DNA from: a virus
Reading direction: 5' to 3' (one strand)
Virus genome (UHGV): UHGV-0127988
Length of the DNA: 61,599 nucleotides
The notes below the pieces were generated by a model. That model was not told the DNA's origin. It saw only the letters and a program-made list of their open reading frames with translations, and made no database searches. Below, in pieces: positions 1 to 9,617 of this stretch. Numbering within the stretch: position 1 is the stretch's first letter; each line of letters begins with the position of its first letter. Both the position numbers and the translations under genes were made by a program.

Positions 1-396
1 ACCCAGGTTGTTAAAGGCAGGCGAATTATTGGTTCACAGTCATCAGGTACGTTAGAAGGCTCTGCGGGCGCAACGTTATCGCTGACCAAGACCAACATAT
101 TCCAGAACGCTTACGATACATTCATCACCAGAGCTATCCTGATTGAGTGTCGCATTGGTAGCTCGGGGCTTGGAGACGATATAAAAATCCCGGTCAGATT
201 CAGGCGTGAGGGGAACTATTATCTTGATGTAATTACAGCTGGTATTATTGCAAGCTCTGGACGGATAGGTATTTCTGGAACAGGTGTTACAGTAACGCTA
301 TCAATTGATAGCTCTACGGGATTGATCACGGTACTTTTAACTAACGTTGACGGCCAGGCAAGAACTGTTAACGTTTCTATGTTGCCATCAATGTAG
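1..396 (+). CDS. Partial CDS (3' end only). Possible C-terminus of a tail fibre or tailspike protein.
   Basis: Frame 1 is open from nt 1 to the TAG at 394-396. Gly/Ser/Thr/Val-rich beta-like sequence (ISGTGVTVTLSIDSSTGLITVLL). Context is a receptor-binding protein module. Confidence 0.45.
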   Translation, partial: TQVVKGRRIIGSQSSGTLEGSAGATLSLTKTNIFQNAYDTFITRAILIECRIGSSGLGDDIKIPVRFRREGNYYLDVITAGIIASSGRIGISGTGVTVTLSIDSSTGLITVLLTNVDGQARTVNVSMLPSM

Positions 397-404
397 GAGT
401 GAAT

Positions 405-584
405 ATGGAAGAAGAAACAGAACTGACCGAGCCGCCATTTGAAACCTGGTTCAGAGAAGTGGTCGAACTGGTTAAAAATGGCGGGCATCCTACAGACCTG
501 GTGGCATATAAAGGAGAGTGGATTGATGCATTCTCTGAAGGATTAACACCAGAATATGCGCTTATAAAAAGAATGGCGCCTTAA
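405..584 (+). CDS. Small acidic hypothetical protein (59 aa). Possible fibre-associated chaperone.
   Basis: ATG at 405 with a GGAG box at 396-399. The ORF track gives the same frame from GTG at 399. Confidence 0.45.
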   Translation: MEEETELTEPPFETWFREVVELVKNGGHPTDLVAYKGEWIDAFSEGLTPEYALIKRMAP

Positions 585-958
585 ACAGCCGACCGCAAAT
601 AAATGTCAGAGAATAACGCATAGATAATTTTTCGACAAAACCCCCGTTCATGGAAAAAACCGATTGTGGGTGATGGCTAAGATGGGAGGGTGATCTGATG
701 GGATTTCCTTCACCCGCGACGGATTACGTCGAGCAAAAACTGTCTGTTAACTCGATCTGCAATGTCGGCCGTTTTCGAAAGGGATGGCGGTTACGTTGTG
801 CTTGATATCTACCTGAAACAAAAGCAGGGAAGCCAGGCGCTGATTCAGCATGACGGCGGGACGGAACTCACCACGATGAGGGGTAGGGTCATAATGTCGA
901 GAATTAGATATATACTGAATTTGCCGAACATTTCGGCCAACAAAAAAAGGAAAACAAT

Positions 959-1186
959 ATGGTAGCAGCAACCGCAGTAACCGTAGACCCGATTGATGAT
1001 CTGCCGCTGGACAACCTGCAGAACACCCTGGGTGCCATCTATGGCAAAGCTCAGTATGCAGCCAATGCAGCTGGCGATGCTAAAGGCCAGGCTCAGTGGG
1101 CCGCGAATGGTATTGGCTTCCTGGATTATCACTTGCGACAGATCGCGGATATGGTCGGGTATACTGTACCGCCGATGCCAGCCTAA
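959..1186 (+). CDS. Hypothetical protein (75 aa)
   Basis: ATG preceded by an AAAGGAAA ribosome-binding site. Followed by a strong terminator. Confidence 0.5.
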   Translation: MVAATAVTVDPIDDLPLDNLQNTLGAIYGKAQYAANAAGDAKGQAQWAANGIGFLDYHLRQIADMVGYTVPPMPA

Positions 1187-1210
1187 ACTTTGAAATGGAT
1201 GTTATGATTA

Positions 1211-1231
1211 AGCCCCGAAAGGGGCTTTTTC
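1211..1231 (+). terminator. Rho-independent terminator
   Basis: AGCCCC-gaaa-GGGGCT hairpin followed by TTTTT. Confidence 0.7.
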
Positions 1232-1249
1232 GTATACGGAGCGGGGACT

Positions 1250-4129
1250 ATGACCAGAAAAGCAGTGTTTACCGTGCGGCTTTCCCAGGCCAGCACACAG
1301 CAGGTGCAGATCGACTATGTGACCGTTGACATAACGGCGACGGCACCAGACGACTATACCGCGCAGCGTGGGACGCTGACTTTCCTTCCGGGAGAGGTTG
1401 AGAAGCAAATCACCGTCGATGTGCGTGATGAGCGACCTGGCGAACAGGCGCAGCGCTTCATGACCACCCTTTACCGGGCGCAGAATTGCACCATCGTTGA
1501 CTCTGACGGTATAGCCCTCATTCCTGCTGGTTCGACAGACGGACTCGGCGGGCCGCTTATTCTGCGTGGCCTGATGACTAACGCATTCCACAACGTTGAG
1601 GGGAGAGGCGGCTATTTCCACCATAATTCCGGCACCAGCGAAGGCCAGTCAATCGGCATCGAGGGATCGCTGCTGGCAAGCCAGGTGCTTGCGACCGGCA
1701 CCGCCGACGAAAAAGCCGCAGCTGAGTGGTATAAGGCCAACGGCCAAAACATGCTCGACGCGATGGGCAACGGTTCGCTAACCGGGCCAATGCTGCGCCA
1801 GAAGATCCCCGACGATAAGAACACCATCACGCTGCTGCACTGGCTGTTCGCCGCGCGCGGCGATATCCCGTCACAGGCCATCAACTACTCTTTCCGCGCC
1901 ACCAGGAACGGCAACAAGCTGTATATCCCTGCCAACGTGCCAGGGCATAAAGGCGCGGCTGACGTTTACCGTATCTGGCAGATCTACCCGGCCAGCAGCT
2001 ATCTGCTGTACCAGTCTCCCTACAGCCCGTCATACGACTCCGTTCACCCGGCGGCAGATACCAGCGTCACGCTTACCGATGACGACTGGAGCCTTGACGG
2101 AAGCACGGTGGTCATCACGATCCCGGCTGGCGCACCGTCTGGTGTCTCCGACTGGTGCATCGTCTATGGCTACAACAATGCGGGCACAATCCGCCAGGGA
2201 GAGGCAGAAGAGGCCTATCCTTGCTGGACAAAAATCGACCCAGGCTATTCAGCCTGTGCGCCTGACACGTTCCGCTGGTTCGAGTACGCGATGTCGCTGG
2301 CGATGGAAGTGGATACCCGCACCGGCATGCAGGCGCGCTGGCAGAAGCTGCGCGACGCGATGCGGCGCACGGTGGTGAAAGGGCAGGCTATCAGCGACCT
2401 CCGCGAGATCATCAAACCGATGCCGCAGTTCGACGCCATCCCGGCGAAGGGTGAGCCGTCCGGCATGTTCTGCTATTCGAACCATCCCCAGGCGACTCCG
2501 CCAGGGCCAGGCGCTATTGGCGCTGGGGCAAATGCTGGCTGGATCGGCTATAACTTCTGGTCCCGCGTAGGCGGTTACGGTGGCACCGTGAAGCCTGGCG
2601 AATTCACCTGGACCCCGGCGAACATGGGAGAAGCAGCCAACGGCCGGAACTTCTTCAACGGGGCGATCCGCGCTGACGTACCGGCGGCCGCCACGGTATG
2701 CCGGGTGCAAATCGGGCGCGGCATCAATGACAGCTGGCGGCAGGCGACCGATTACCAGGAAGCCGATCAGTTTATGTTCGTGGCGCTTTCACTCTCCCGG
2801 CGGCCGAACCTGGCGCTGGGTGAGCGTTGCTACGTTTTCATGTCCTCGACCAAATATTATGACGCCTCGACGCGATGGTATGCCGATATCGGGCAGGATG
2901 CGGCACTGATACCGTCCACCAGTCCGGACAAGCCGAGCTATATCCTGATCCCTCGCACGTCATTTCGGCGCAAAGACGGCGATAACAGCGTGCTTCCTGC
3001 GGGCCAGCGGTTCGAGAACTTCGGCATATCGATGGAAATGCGCGACGCGTACCGCCTTCAGATCGTGGCGCTGCGCCCAGTGAGCGGCGCGAGTGAGCAG
3101 TGGGTGAGGGATAACCTGTCAAAAGCGGTCCACGGCTCACCAATGCCGTTTTTCCCCGGCGCGATGCCTTTTGCCATCAACGCCGACACCGTTAAGCAGC
3201 AGTTTGTCGGCTGGAACGGCTCACCTTTCCACGGCTACCAGCTCCCGGATCTCTGGTGGTTCCTGGGTGCCGATGCCGATGCAGTCCACCCGGACCTTAA
3301 TCCGGCCGTCAATATGCCGGTGCCGGACCAGGCCACAGGGGCTATCACCTACCCGATTTCTTTTAGTGCCAACGGTGTTGCCAAAACGAAAAATGCATTG
3401 CTGGCCGAGCAACAGCTGCTATTTCTGAAACATGCACACGATAAGTGGATCTCTGACGGCGGCGCGGCCGGGCCATTCGCGCATACGTTCGTGATGAATA
3501 CCCCGGCACGCATCAGCATCGGTAGTCCGACGCCGCACACATGGGTGTACACTAACGATGACCCGAACACCCGCTGGGTGGGCTACCAGACCCGCGTCGT
3601 TGAGAGCCTGGCGAAGCTCTGCTGGCTGTCCCGCAGTACGCCATCATGGGGAACGGCTCGCGGCCTGGCGCTGGATATGGCGATGAGCTGGATTGAGAGG
3701 ATTAACGTCGTCTGGCCGAACCTGAACGGCACTATCGCGGGTATGCCGACTGACTGGGACGATCCCCGCAAGGGAGCGCCGCAGACGCTCTATGAGGAGC
3801 CGCACGCGCCAGCGCTTATCCTGCGCGCCTGCCTCTGGCTGAAATTGTCCGGCCTGCTGTCATCCGGGCAGCTGGCGACCGTGGAAGCTGTTGGCGAGCG
3901 CTGCTGGACGTACATCGAGAGCCGTTGGCGCACAGGGCAGACCGATGCAATGCGCCATACCTGGGCGAACGATAACCAGGAATGGTTCGGCTTCTGGCAG
4001 TTCGAGATCATCGCCACGATTGCCTACCTGCTGAAGTACCCGGCGGGCATCCCCGGCAATATCAGCATATCAACCATGAGAGAGCGCCTGGTGCAAACCC
4101 AGGGCTGGCTTGAAGATAACGTGAGGTAA
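1250..4129 (+). CDS. Large virion receptor-binding or depolymerase-like protein (959 aa) with an N-terminal Calx-beta-like domain
   Basis: N-terminus VDYVTVDITATAPDDYTAQRGTLTFLPGEVEKQITV matches the Calx-beta signature (DY..x..GTLTF.PGE..K.I.V). Trp/Gly-rich body. It has its own ribosome-binding site downstream of a terminator. Confidence 0.55.
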   Translation: MTRKAVFTVRLSQASTQQVQIDYVTVDITATAPDDYTAQRGTLTFLPGEVEKQITVDVRDERPGEQAQRFMTTLYRAQNCTIVDSDGIALIPAGSTDGLGGPLILRGLMTNAFHNVEGRGGYFHHNSGTSEGQSIGIEGSLLASQVLATGTADEKAAAEWYKANGQNMLDAMGNGSLTGPMLRQKIPDDKNTITLLHWLFAARGDIPSQAINYSFRATRNGNKLYIPANVPGHKGAADVYRIWQIYPASSYLLYQSPYSPSYDSVHPAADTSVTLTDDDWSLDGSTVVITIPAGAPSGVSDWCIVYGYNNAGTIRQGEAEEAYPCWTKIDPGYSACAPDTFRWFEYAMSLAMEVDTRTGMQARWQKLRDAMRRTVVKGQAISDLREIIKPMPQFDAIPAKGEPSGMFCYSNHPQATPPGPGAIGAGANAGWIGYNFWSRVGGYGGTVKPGEFTWTPANMGEAANGRNFFNGAIRADVPAAATVCRVQIGRGINDSWRQATDYQEADQFMFVALSLSRRPNLALGERCYVFMSSTKYYDASTRWYADIGQDAALIPSTSPDKPSYILIPRTSFRRKDGDNSVLPAGQRFENFGISMEMRDAYRLQIVALRPVSGASEQWVRDNLSKAVHGSPMPFFPGAMPFAINADTVKQQFVGWNGSPFHGYQLPDLWWFLGADADAVHPDLNPAVNMPVPDQATGAITYPISFSANGVAKTKNALLAEQQLLFLKHAHDKWISDGGAAGPFAHTFVMNTPARISIGSPTPHTWVYTNDDPNTRWVGYQTRVVESLAKLCWLSRSTPSWGTARGLALDMAMSWIERINVVWPNLNGTIAGMPTDWDDPRKGAPQTLYEEPHAPALILRACLWLKLSGLLSSGQLATVEAVGERCWTYIESRWRTGQTDAMRHTWANDNQEWFGFWQFEIIATIAYLLKYPAGIPGNISISTMRERLVQTQGWLEDNVR

Positions 4130-4131
4130 CA

Positions 4132-4497
4132 ATGAGCCTGAAACTCACCAACAATGCCCGTAGCATCCTGGCTGTATCAATCAGCGACTCCGAGACGGTG
4201 ATCCGCGTGAAAGTCGGCCACGGCGTCAAGTTTCCGGTGCTGACCAATACCGGCGACTGGTTCCCGCTGGCGCTGGAGGATGATTCCGGAAACATCGAGT
4301 ACCTGCGCGCAACCGCCAGGGAAGGGGATAGCATTACTGTTCAGCGCGGGGCTGAAGGTTCCAAGCGTCGGGAATTCAGTGCTGGCGACCTCTGCGAGCT
4401 GCGTTTGACCGCTGGCGCGATGGACGAGCTGCAGAACGGGACGCCAAGTCCCTCAGTGGTGACTGCTGTAATCAGTGACGCGGCGATTTCCTCATGA
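4132..4497 (+). CDS. Hypothetical virion protein (121 aa)
   Basis: Start is 3 nt after the preceding stop. Its end overlaps the next gene (ATGA). Confidence 0.5.
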   Translation: MSLKLTNNARSILAVSISDSETVIRVKVGHGVKFPVLTNTGDWFPLALEDDSGNIEYLRATAREGDSITVQRGAEGSKRREFSAGDLCELRLTAGAMDELQNGTPSPSVVTAVISDAAISS

Positions 4498-6242
4498 GCG
4501 TTCGCATAGCGGCGTTTTCCGGGGAGATACCGCGCGTTATTCCCCGGTTGCTGGACAACAACTATGCGCAGGTGTCGCAGAACACGAAACTGGAAGACGG
4601 CTCGCTGCTGCCTATCCGCCGGGCGCGCTACGTCAACCGGTTCGGTTTCGACTGCAAAACCTTCTACAAAACCACCGATGGGGAGTGGCTGGGCTGGCCA
4701 GGCGTAGTTCGTGTCGCCCCTGGCCCGGTGGCGGAAGACCGTCTTTATGTGACCGGTGACGGCGTACCGAAGGTGATCGCCAACGGCAAGACCTGGCCGC
4801 TGGCGGTGCCGTTTCCCTCTGCAGCGCTGACAACCACTATCGTTTCTGGCGACGTTGACGACGACCTGTCTTCCACCGTTATCTGGACATACACCTGGGT
4901 AACGGAGCTGGACGAGGAATCAGAGCCAGCGCCATTGTCAGCCGGGCTTTTGTGGAGTCCTGGCCTCGATGTTCGCCTGTCTGGATTCCAGTCGCCACCG
5001 GCCGGGCGAGGTATCAACCGCATGCGCATCTACCGGTCACAGACCAGCAGCAGCGGCGTCACCACTCTCTATTTCATCAAAGAGCGCGAAGCGACAGCCG
5101 CCGATTTCGTGGATGTGGTGGCGGATAACCCGATCAACGAAGTGCTTCCGAGCACAGACTACAATGCGCCGCCGGATGGCCTGCAGGGGCTTACCTCCCT
5201 TCCAAACGGCATGATGGCGGCTTTCGTCGGGAAGAAGCTGTATTTCAGTGAGCCATACCGCCCGCATGCGTGGCCGGAAAAGTACATTCTGACCTGCGAC
5301 TATGAGATCGTCGGCCTGGGCGTGTTTGGCACGTCAGTCGCCATCATGACGAAGGGATCGCCGTATGTCGCCCAGGGCACCGCCCCGGAAAACATGACGA
5401 TGGACCGTATCCGGGTGAATTATCCATGCATCGCGGCATCGAGCATCGTTGACCTGGGCTATTCCGTTGCCTACGCGTCGCCGCAGGGGCTGGTCACGAT
5501 CTCGCAGAACGGCGCGGCCGTAGCGACCGCCAGCCTGATGACCCGCGACCAGTGGCGGCAAATGCAGCCAGAGAGCTTTGTCGCCGGGCAGTTCGCCGGG
5601 CGCTACCTGGCGTCTTACGCGTACCTCGATAGCGACAACATCGAGCGGCGCGGCATTATCAGCATCGACCTGTCCGGATCCCAGCCATTCCTGGAGCGAT
5701 ACGCCGACTACGCCAGCGCCATGTTCTTCGAAATTGGCACCGGCGTGCTGTACCTGCTGCGCGGCGGCCGGGAGATTTTCGAGTGGGACGCGATATCCGA
5801 ACCATACGCGGAAATGTACTGGCGCTCTAAGCGGTTTGTCTCGACAAGCTATTACAACTGGGGCGCTATCCTGATCGAAGGCGAAGACGCATCGAGCGAC
5901 GAGCAGATTAAGGAGAGACTGGCTAAAAACGCCGCCGTCCGGGCACGAAACCGCGTCCGGATGAATGCTGATAACTCCGATGGCGCGCTGGCTGATGCCG
6001 CCCTGGGTGTTGTGACATTCGCCGGTAGTCTGCTGGAGCCGCTTGAGGAAGCTGAACCGTCATTCTCCTGTGCCGTCTACGGCGATGGGGTGCTGATCGC
6101 TACTGTCTACCGGATAAACCAGATTGAACGCCTGCCTGGTAAGCGGATGTACACGACGCTGGAGATTGAGATACGCGGCAACCAGCGTATTACCGGCTTA
6201 ACCGTGGCTGGCACACCTGAAGATATTGCAGGGGGTGCGTGA
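4494..6242 (+). CDS. Hypothetical virion or tail structural protein (582 aa)
   Basis: Long ORF translationally coupled within the structural operon. No enzymatic motif recognised. Confidence 0.5.
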   Translation: MSVRIAAFSGEIPRVIPRLLDNNYAQVSQNTKLEDGSLLPIRRARYVNRFGFDCKTFYKTTDGEWLGWPGVVRVAPGPVAEDRLYVTGDGVPKVIANGKTWPLAVPFPSAALTTTIVSGDVDDDLSSTVIWTYTWVTELDEESEPAPLSAGLLWSPGLDVRLSGFQSPPAGRGINRMRIYRSQTSSSGVTTLYFIKEREATAADFVDVVADNPINEVLPSTDYNAPPDGLQGLTSLPNGMMAAFVGKKLYFSEPYRPHAWPEKYILTCDYEIVGLGVFGTSVAIMTKGSPYVAQGTAPENMTMDRIRVNYPCIAASSIVDLGYSVAYASPQGLVTISQNGAAVATASLMTRDQWRQMQPESFVAGQFAGRYLASYAYLDSDNIERRGIISIDLSGSQPFLERYADYASAMFFEIGTGVLYLLRGGREIFEWDAISEPYAEMYWRSKRFVSTSYYNWGAILIEGEDASSDEQIKERLAKNAAVRARNRVRMNADNSDGALADAALGVVTFAGSLLEPLEEAEPSFSCAVYGDGVLIATVYRINQIERLPGKRMYTTLEIEIRGNQRITGLTVAGTPEDIAGGA

Positions 6243-6421
6243 TGGTCAGTGATAGCGAATGGCAGAAGGTGAAAGAGAAGGTCGAAGTTCTCGACGGCAC
6301 TCGCGGCGATAAGGCCAGGCTGAAGCGCGCCGTCCGCGCTGAGGAGCTGGACGCCGCCCTGCGTCGCATCGATCAGCTGGAAAAACAGGTAAAATCGTTA
6401 CTCGCGGCGCAGAATCCGTAA
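6239..6421 (+). CDS. Small coiled-coil protein (60 aa)
   Basis: Start overlaps the upstream stop (GTGATG). Charged helical sequence. Confidence 0.4.
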   Translation: MMVSDSEWQKVKEKVEVLDGTRGDKARLKRAVRAEELDAALRRIDQLEKQVKSLLAAQNP

Positions 6422-6439
6422 ACTTGGTAATGGTCGTGC

Positions 6440-6476
6440 GTTGCCCTTTTGTCTATCATGTTGCTAAAAGGGCAAC
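6440..6476. repeat. Perfect 11-bp inverted repeat with a 15-nt spacer (GTTGCCCTTTT ... AAAAGGGCAAC)
   Basis: Read directly from the sequence, between two structural-module genes. Could be a hairpin or a protein-binding site. Confidence 0.5.
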
Positions 6477-6487
6477 GGGGCAAACGT

Positions 6488-6913
6488 ATGGCAAACATCA
6501 TCTATGGCCGGGATGCCGAGCTGGTCAGCTGGGCCAGCGAGATAATCCACTTCCAGCCGCGTGCCGACGTCAAGGCAATCGGCTGGGAAACTGACGGTAA
6601 ATTACGGGCCGTCACGCTATGGGATGGCTTTTCAGAGTGTGACTGTAACATTCACATCGCCAGCGATGGCGGGCCTAACTGGCTTTCTCGCGCTTTCCTC
6701 TGCGCGAGCTTTTCACACCCTTTCGTACAGTGGGGAATGCGCCGGGTAACTGGTCTGGTCCCTGCAAAGAACGCCGCCGCTCTCCGCTTCGATCTGCACC
6801 TGGGATTTGAGCGTGAGGGCTTTATCCGCCACGCACTGCCCGATGATGACCTGATCGTTCTCGGAATGCTGCGGGAAAATTGCCGTTTCATACCGGAAAA
6901 ATACAGGAAATGA
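6488..6913 (+). CDS. GNAT-like acetyltransferase (about 141 aa)
   Basis: C-terminal RRVTGLVPAKNAAALRFDLHLGFEREG resembles GNAT motifs A/B. The start may instead be TTG at 6449. Confidence 0.45.
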   Translation: MANIIYGRDAELVSWASEIIHFQPRADVKAIGWETDGKLRAVTLWDGFSECDCNIHIASDGGPNWLSRAFLCASFSHPFVQWGMRRVTGLVPAKNAAALRFDLHLGFEREGFIRHALPDDDLIVLGMLRENCRFIPEKYRK

Positions 6914-6916
6914 ACC

Positions 6917-8176
6917 ATGAACGAGATCTCATATATCCTGACCCTGCTGACTGCTGTCTTTTTGTTTACGCAGCCGCAGCTGGCCTATGCGTTTATCTCT
7001 CCTGGCGACCAGGAGCCAGAGAAGAAGCCGAAAGAGAAGCCGTGGGAAAAGCTGCTGATGTTCAAGAAGGGCGGCTACTCGGCACCAGCGCCGGATCCGA
7101 ACATAGGCAAAGCCGCAATGAAGCAGGCAGAGCTTGGTGAAGAATGGCTAAAATTTGCCAATCAGCAATTTGACGTAGCAAATGAGCGCCAGAAACAGCA
7201 GGACATAATCGCCAACCAGGTTACGCAACAGCATCTCGATACCAGTAAGCAGGCTCAGCAGTGGGCGACGGAAGACCGCGACCGCTACAACAACACTTTC
7301 AAGCCGCTCGAAGATCAGTTCATCAATAAGGCCCAAAACTGGGACAGCGCGGAGCGTCAGCAGCAGCAGGCGTCTGAGGCCAAAGCCGATGTGCTGAATA
7401 ATGCCTCTCTGCAGCGCCAGGCGACCGAGCGTAATATGGCGTCTATGGGCGTCAATCCCACCAGCGGCCGGTATGCTGGTGTTGAGCGCTCTGGCGAGAA
7501 TGCCACCGCGCTGGCGGCGGCCGGTGCCGAGAATAACGCCCGTAACACGGTGCGCAATCAGGCGCTTTCCCTGCAGGCCGATGCGGTCAATATGGGTAAG
7601 GGGCTGGCGGTTAACCCGGCGTCGTCGCTGGGCCTATCCACCAGCGCCGGTTCTGCTGCCATGCAGACGACCTCCGGTAACAATGCTCAAGCGGCAGGCC
7701 TGTCCAGTGTCATGGGTCAGGGATACCAGGCTGCGATGACCGGTTACGGCAATCAGGCGAACACCCTGAACCAGCAGTACCAGAACCAGCTCAACGCCTG
7801 GCAGGCAAATCAGAATGCATCCAGTAGTTTATGGGGCGGCATCGGCCAGGTTGGAGGTATGCTTGGCGCGTCAGCAATTATGAGCAGCAGTAAAGAGTAC
7901 AAAGAAGATAAGCGACCGGCGAAAGGATCACTCGAAGCTCTTCGCCGCATGCCGGTTGAACAGTGGAAGTACAAAGACGGCATTGAGGATGGTGGTCAGC
8001 ATATCGGCGCTTATGCCGAAGACTTCCACGCTGCCACAGGCAAGGGCGACGGGAAATCCATCCCTGTAGTTGACGCTATCGGCATCACTATGGGGGCAAT
8101 TCAGGATCTGGATAAGAAGGTTGATGCTCTGGCGAAAGGCCGGGGTCTTCCAAAAAGACAAGGGGAGGCTGCGTAA
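6917..8176 (+). CDS. Virion or ejection-associated protein with N-terminal signal/TM, a Gln/Asn/Ala-rich middle and a C-terminal S74-like intramolecular chaperone domain
   Basis: N-terminal hydrophobic segment LTLLTAVFLFTQPQLAYA. C-terminus ...KEYKEDKRP...RRMPVEQWKYKDG...HIGAYAEDFH...SIPVVDAIGITMGAIQDLDKKVDAL resembles the chaperone of endosialidase (Peptidase_S74 C-terminal domain). Confidence 0.5.
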   Translation: MNEISYILTLLTAVFLFTQPQLAYAFISPGDQEPEKKPKEKPWEKLLMFKKGGYSAPAPDPNIGKAAMKQAELGEEWLKFANQQFDVANERQKQQDIIANQVTQQHLDTSKQAQQWATEDRDRYNNTFKPLEDQFINKAQNWDSAERQQQQASEAKADVLNNASLQRQATERNMASMGVNPTSGRYAGVERSGENATALAAAGAENNARNTVRNQALSLQADAVNMGKGLAVNPASSLGLSTSAGSAAMQTTSGNNAQAAGLSSVMGQGYQAAMTGYGNQANTLNQQYQNQLNAWQANQNASSSLWGGIGQVGGMLGASAIMSSSKEYKEDKRPAKGSLEALRRMPVEQWKYKDGIEDGGQHIGAYAEDFHAATGKGDGKSIPVVDAIGITMGAIQDLDKKVDALAKGRGLPKRQGEAA

Positions 8177-8415
8177 TGGCTGGATTAGGATCGTTTCTTC
8201 AGGGCGCTGCTGGTGGGATTGGCATGGCTAAACAGATGGATAGCATGCAAAAACAGAATGACATGTTAAAAAAACTGGGTGATAGCCAGCCAGGAACACA
8301 ACAGCCTCAACAGCAGGCACCGGGGGGCGCTGGACTGTCAACCACGCAGACCGCACAGCAACAGCCAGCAGATAATTCATGGTCTTTCATTAAATCACTG
8401 TTTGGAGGTAACTGA
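8176..8415 (+). CDS. Small Gln-rich protein (79 aa)
   Basis: Overlapping stop/start (TAATGG). Low-complexity sequence. Confidence 0.4.
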   Translation: MAGLGSFLQGAAGGIGMAKQMDSMQKQNDMLKKLGDSQPGTQQPQQQAPGGAGLSTTQTAQQQPADNSWSFIKSLFGGN

Positions 8416-9593
8416 TGGCTATTGGTGCTGGATTGGGGGCATTCATGTCCGGCCTGACACAGGGTGCCCAGGGCTACGCTCAACTAAAAAGTGATGCTGG
8501 ACGAGCTAAACTGCAGGATATGCAGATCAAAAACCTCGAACAGGAGCAGGCTGACCAGCAGGCGCTGCGCCAGATCGGGCAGGACTACGGAAAGGCAGTG
8601 GAGGGTGAATTCAATCCAGACGCTCAAGCAAAAATCTACAACGAACAATTCGTTCCTCGCTATGTTCAGCAATATCTACAGCAAGGGAAAGTTGCAGAGG
8701 CTCAGGCGTTTCAAAAATACGCTCAAGATGCCAACGTTCAGCAGGGGCTGAAATACGGCTCCTCGTTCATGCGTGCCGTCCAGCTTGGTGACGCTGAAGG
8801 GGCGATGGGCAGCATGGTGAAGATGTTCAATCAGCCGGGATATTTCGAAAATGGGTATTCTGCAGTGGGCGCTAAGCTGACACGCGACAAAGATGGTAAC
8901 GCAGCCGGGATGGATATCACTCTGAGAAACGACGCGACTGGCGAAACCACAACGCATACTTTCAACACGCTGGAAGATGCGTACCGCACGGTTATGCCGT
9001 TCGCCGACCCGAAGAATGTTTTCGACTATGCAATGCAGCAGATCGCCGCCAGCGCGAAGAACAAGGCGGAAGTGCAGAAAGAGGATCGGGCCTGGAACCG
9101 CGACCTGACGAAAATTCAGATCCAGCAAGGGAACACGCTGGAATCCCAGGCGAACCAGTCGCAGCTGCGCCGCGCTGAAGAAGCAGAGAAGCTGCGGAAC
9201 GGCGGCGGAAGCAATGTCGTGCGCGATGCCAAAGCGAAGGAAGAGTACCTGCGCTCTCGCGGCGTTCCAGAGGATCGCATTAAATCTCTTGCTCCTCAGA
9301 TGGTCGGACTGGAAAATCAGGGCGTGCCCATCACGAAGCGCATCGATACCTACGTCATCGAGAAGAACAAAGACATTCTCGATAAGGACTGGCAGAAACT
9401 GAGCGATGCCGAGAAGACCGAGCGCGCAGTGAAAGAGCTAAAAGTGCGTGATGAGGCGGCTAGTGGCTACTATGGCGGACAGGGTGCGGGGCTTACACCA
9501 CAGTCCAGCCAGCAAACGCAGGGTGCGCAGCCGCGTATGGCGCTGGGCTACGACACCAAAACCGGCAAACCGGTAATGATCCCCGTCAAGTGA
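8415..9593 (+). CDS. Internal virion or ejection protein (392 aa)
   Basis: Sits directly upstream of the giant transglycosylase-containing protein, as T7 gp14/gp15 do relative to gp16. Coiled-coil-rich. Confidence 0.45.
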   Translation: MAIGAGLGAFMSGLTQGAQGYAQLKSDAGRAKLQDMQIKNLEQEQADQQALRQIGQDYGKAVEGEFNPDAQAKIYNEQFVPRYVQQYLQQGKVAEAQAFQKYAQDANVQQGLKYGSSFMRAVQLGDAEGAMGSMVKMFNQPGYFENGYSAVGAKLTRDKDGNAAGMDITLRNDATGETTTHTFNTLEDAYRTVMPFADPKNVFDYAMQQIAASAKNKAEVQKEDRAWNRDLTKIQIQQGNTLESQANQSQLRRAEEAEKLRNGGGSNVVRDAKAKEEYLRSRGVPEDRIKSLAPQMVGLENQGVPITKRIDTYVIEKNKDILDKDWQKLSDAEKTERAVKELKVRDEAASGYYGGQGAGLTPQSSQQTQGAQPRMALGYDTKTGKPVMIPVK

Positions 9594-9617
9594 CGGCTAA
9601 TTCTCCGAGGAAATATA

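Noticed and set aside
698-805. 35-aa ORF with a GGGAGG ribosome-binding site in the 585-958 intergenic region, and the overlapping 67-aa ORF 762-965
   Set aside because: They are short, unconserved-looking, and overlap the ribosome-binding site of the next gene. More likely a promoter or UTR region. Kept only as a note.
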